DNA of 61,533 nt, counting the filler. It is 5 parts of 5 records of this genome, joined end to end, with 100 filler letters (N's around TTAATTAATTAA, not from the genome) between each part and the next. Parts side by side here need not be neighbours in the genome. Positions count along the whole stretch, not along the records: positions 52,111 to 61,533 come from SRR2962707_3182; 4 more parts are not named here. One strand, written 5' to 3'. Of the stretch, positions 58,801 to 61,533 are shown piece after piece. Positions within the stretch are counted from its first letter, which is position 1; each line of letters starts with the position of its first letter. The position numbers were made by a program, and so were the translations under genes. Under the pieces are notes generated by a model, which worked only from the letters and a program-made list of their open reading frames with translations, was not told where the DNA came from and ran no database searches.

Positions 58801-61533
58801 TTCGGCCGCCACTTTCACCGCATGCTCTTCTGCCTTCGCTTGTGCTTCCGCATCCAGCCGCGCTGCAGTTTCGTTTTTCAGCCTTTTGGCACTTGCATCC
58901 TTGCTTCGCTGCAGGTTCGGTCCTAGTGCTGTCGCCCGGACTACAATCATACTGTCGGAACCTGCGTTGGCAGCGTTTGTTCCTCGCGTTGTAGAACGCT
59001 TGGATTGGATAGTCGCATTAGCTGCACGGGCACCAGTAGCGTCATCTGGTTTGATAAAACAAGTCAGTCAATGCATAGCATGGACGTTGACGGGAGCCAT
59101 CTCAGACGTGCGATAGCAGAGAATACAATGCACTGCATCGATGCAACCAGCTCAATGAGTTTTTTTTCCGTGCCTGCAATTTGATGCACCACCGCTCCAC
59201 TGGCAAGAAGCTTGGCACGCTTTCGTGCCTGCCAGCCTCGGGCAGCCTTTTGCACGAGCACGGCCGCTTGTTTTTCAAACCACAAGGTCGAAAAGTGTTT
59301 GGATCTGCGGAGGCCACGTTGAATGCGCAAAACAGCCTCCAGTCTGTGCCATTGCACGCACACAAGTATTTTCAATTAAAACTGTGCCGAATCGTTCAAT
59401 CATCTGTCAATTCTTGGGTTACACAGCAACAAGCTAGTGTCAGCCGCAAGAACTTACTCCATTTGCGCCAAGGTTTCCCGCGTTGATCCAGCAATGTTTC
59501 GCACAACTGAAGTGTATTTCGCAAAGATCACTGGATCATCCCGTAGAACCACAACATCCTCTGACGTCTTGAGATACACGTAAAGTGCACTCGCCATTTC
59601 ACTGACATCCAATAGGGCCATGTACTGCTCGCACAACTTCAGCAAATTTTCGAAAACGACAAGCTGTTGCATTTGCGCTGCAATGACAGCACAAGGCTGC
59701 AAGCGTTGAGCCAACTCCTCAGGCTCGACTGGAACTGGACGCCCTGCGGAAAGGTCAGAATCGACAGCGTCCAGCTCATCCCGAACAGCTTGAAGAATTA
59801 ATGATATCATTGCCGGACTACCGTGTTGCACAGCCAATTGAACTGGCGTAAAACCTTCGTCTGACAACGTCAATGGATCTGCAAATTCGAGAAGAACCTG
59901 TCCACCCACGATGCCGTCACACAAAAGTCGACGCTGTAACCTCACAGATGAAGCAGAAAAGTAAAAATTGACATTGTGACTTTGCATTGGCAAGCAATCG
60001 ACAACCCACTCACCGTTGCAGTGTCGACTAGACCGTCTTGACATGCTAAATGCAAAGGCGTAAAACCACCTTCAAGTCGGGAGTCAACCGCTGCATTTGC
60101 TTGCAATAAAATTCGACAAAAGTCTGGATCCGCTTTTTGAGCCGCAAAGTGTAGTGCCGTGGCTGCTGTTGAGTGCAAGCACTGCTCTAAATCAATAGCA
60201 GGCACGTTGGACCACGAAAGGTCGCCCGCTTTCTCACGCAGCGCAAGCGATGGCGCCGAAAATTCGCACAACACACGGAGCATTCTGACGAGATTATTCT
60301 CGACGGCGAGATGAAGAACTGAAAATCCATCAGGCATGGATCGGTTTCCAAAAGAGGCTGCAACCCCGGACTCGTGGGCCCGTGCATTGACGCCATCCCC
60401 TGTAACTCGTTGATGCATGATAAATCTCACTGCTGCCTCCTACCGCAATAAAGCATGCAAAAAAATGGTCAGATCGGCATAAAGGCGGCAGTGCAGAAGC
60501 TTTCACAGCACAGCAAAAGAAAAGAACAACACCAGCTGCGTCAGCGGTACGATAGAAATTTATCGGCGTCGCACCTTATTCTCGAAAACAGCAACAAACA
60601 GTGGCGAGGAATTTGCATCGTCACAGAGTTCGAGATTAGCTTTGCGTTCGACCAAATATGCCAGCATATCTGTATCCGATTGATAAAGAGCGTCAAAAAA
60701 CACAGGATAGCCGCCTCGCATTTCATTCCAAATGCACGTTGCTGATCCATTGCGTCCACCATCAGGATCAAATAAGCGGCGCTTCCACTCCTCCTCCAGC
60801 ACATCCAAAAATCGCACTTGTTTGCGCCGCAGGAGGTCCTGGGTAACGGCAGTGGGAAGCTCCTCTGCATTGTGCAGAAACGGGTCAGCACCGGCCCGTA
60901 GCAAAGCCTGGAACATGATCAGGCTGTCTAACGACGCAACGGTTCGCAGTGGGGACATATGTGCGACACTGCCGGTGCCATCACTGTTGCTGGTGCTGGT
61001 GGTTTTATGCGGCCGCAAGTAGTCACACGTGCACTTGTGCCGCAGCAGAGTCTGCACGCAGCTCTCCCTCCTGTTCGCGATCGCTGCATCCAACGGTCGG
61101 ACGCCAGTTTTAGGCATACGAGCATCAAGGTCGGCTTTGGAGGTTGCCAGCAGCTCCAGCAGCTCGTCGAAACCATCCTGTGCAGCAATGTGCGCACAGG
61201 TGGATCCATCTGAAGCCCTCAGACTGGGATTTGCTTTGCAGGCCAGCAGCACTTGGCAGCAGCCCTCGCTACCAAACGTCACAGCATATTGGAGCGGCGT
61301 AAACCCGCTCGGGTCCGGGGCATTGACTGCGAAAGAGGGGTGAGCGCAAATGTCATTCTTCAGGTAGGCGGCATCGCCAGCTTCGCACACGTCGATGGAA
61401 AGCTCGGTCAGGTCCTCAGCCCCGAACGTGGAGATGTCTTCTGGAAGCTCCAGCCCCACAGCGCCGTTTTCTGCACACTCTGCTTCTTCTTCTACTTCTA
61501 CTTGTGCGTGCTGCTGCTGCTGCTGCTGCTGCT
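52898..61533 (-). CDS. Large multi-exon eukaryotic gene: poly-Gln, ankyrin repeats, coiled coil, about 12 IQ motifs (5' end beyond window; may be more than one gene)
   Basis: GT-AG introns restoring frame at 60440-60574, 59898-60013, 59344-59457, 56922-57010, 56751-56834, 56560-56663, 56386-56472 and 53894-54007; ankyrin TPL/ALH motifs; repeated AAxxIQSxxRxxxGR. Not all junctions were traced. Confidence 0.8.
61511..61533 (-). repeat. (CAG)n repeat encoding poly-Gln
   Basis: In frame with the ankyrin exon, which is open to the window end. Confidence 0.8.

Noticed and set aside
52011-61533. Bacteria-eukaryote gene transfer suggested by xylF lying next to intron-containing DNA
   Set aside because: The two are separated by an artificial linker.

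Overview
The window is five unrelated contigs joined by identical 100-nt artificial linkers (44 N + TTAATTAATTAA + 44 N at 9149-9248, 36452-36551, 43083-43182, 52011-52110), so genes on opposite sides of a linker are not linked. (1) 1-9148: visibly lower-GC alphaproteobacterial-type DNA with a CoA-dependent carboxylate uptake/catabolism cluster (TRAP dctQPM, double MaoC-type dehydratase, acyl-CoA ligase, IclR, PaaI thioesterase, CaiB/BaiF CoA-transferase); the contig starts and ends with the same 14 bp. (2) 9249-36451: Rhizobiales-type interval between ilvIH and ilvC packed with accessory genes (FadR-TRAP-rpiB, amj, pdxJ, alkB, globin-coupled chemoreceptor, GGDEF-EAL, a toxin-antitoxin pair flanked by an 85-bp synonymously diverged duplicate of a helicase 3' end, NsrR-like/truncated haemoglobin, Co-type nitrile hydratase). 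(3) 36552-43082: His kinase fragment, acyl-CoA dehydrogenase, SUV3-like helicase-hslR-TerB-fdxA. (4) 43183-52010: nitroreductase, lytic transglycosylase with a perfect CtrA box, DUF2336, NAD kinase, tRNA-Thr, flavin oxidoreductase, ROK regulator-xylF. (5) 52111-61533: eukaryotic DNA with an intronless secreted-protein gene and a large spliced minus-strand ankyrin/coiled-coil/multi-IQ gene that includes four consecutive 87-nt one-IQ-per-exon cassettes. Product and taxon calls come from motif recognition only; no searches were run.
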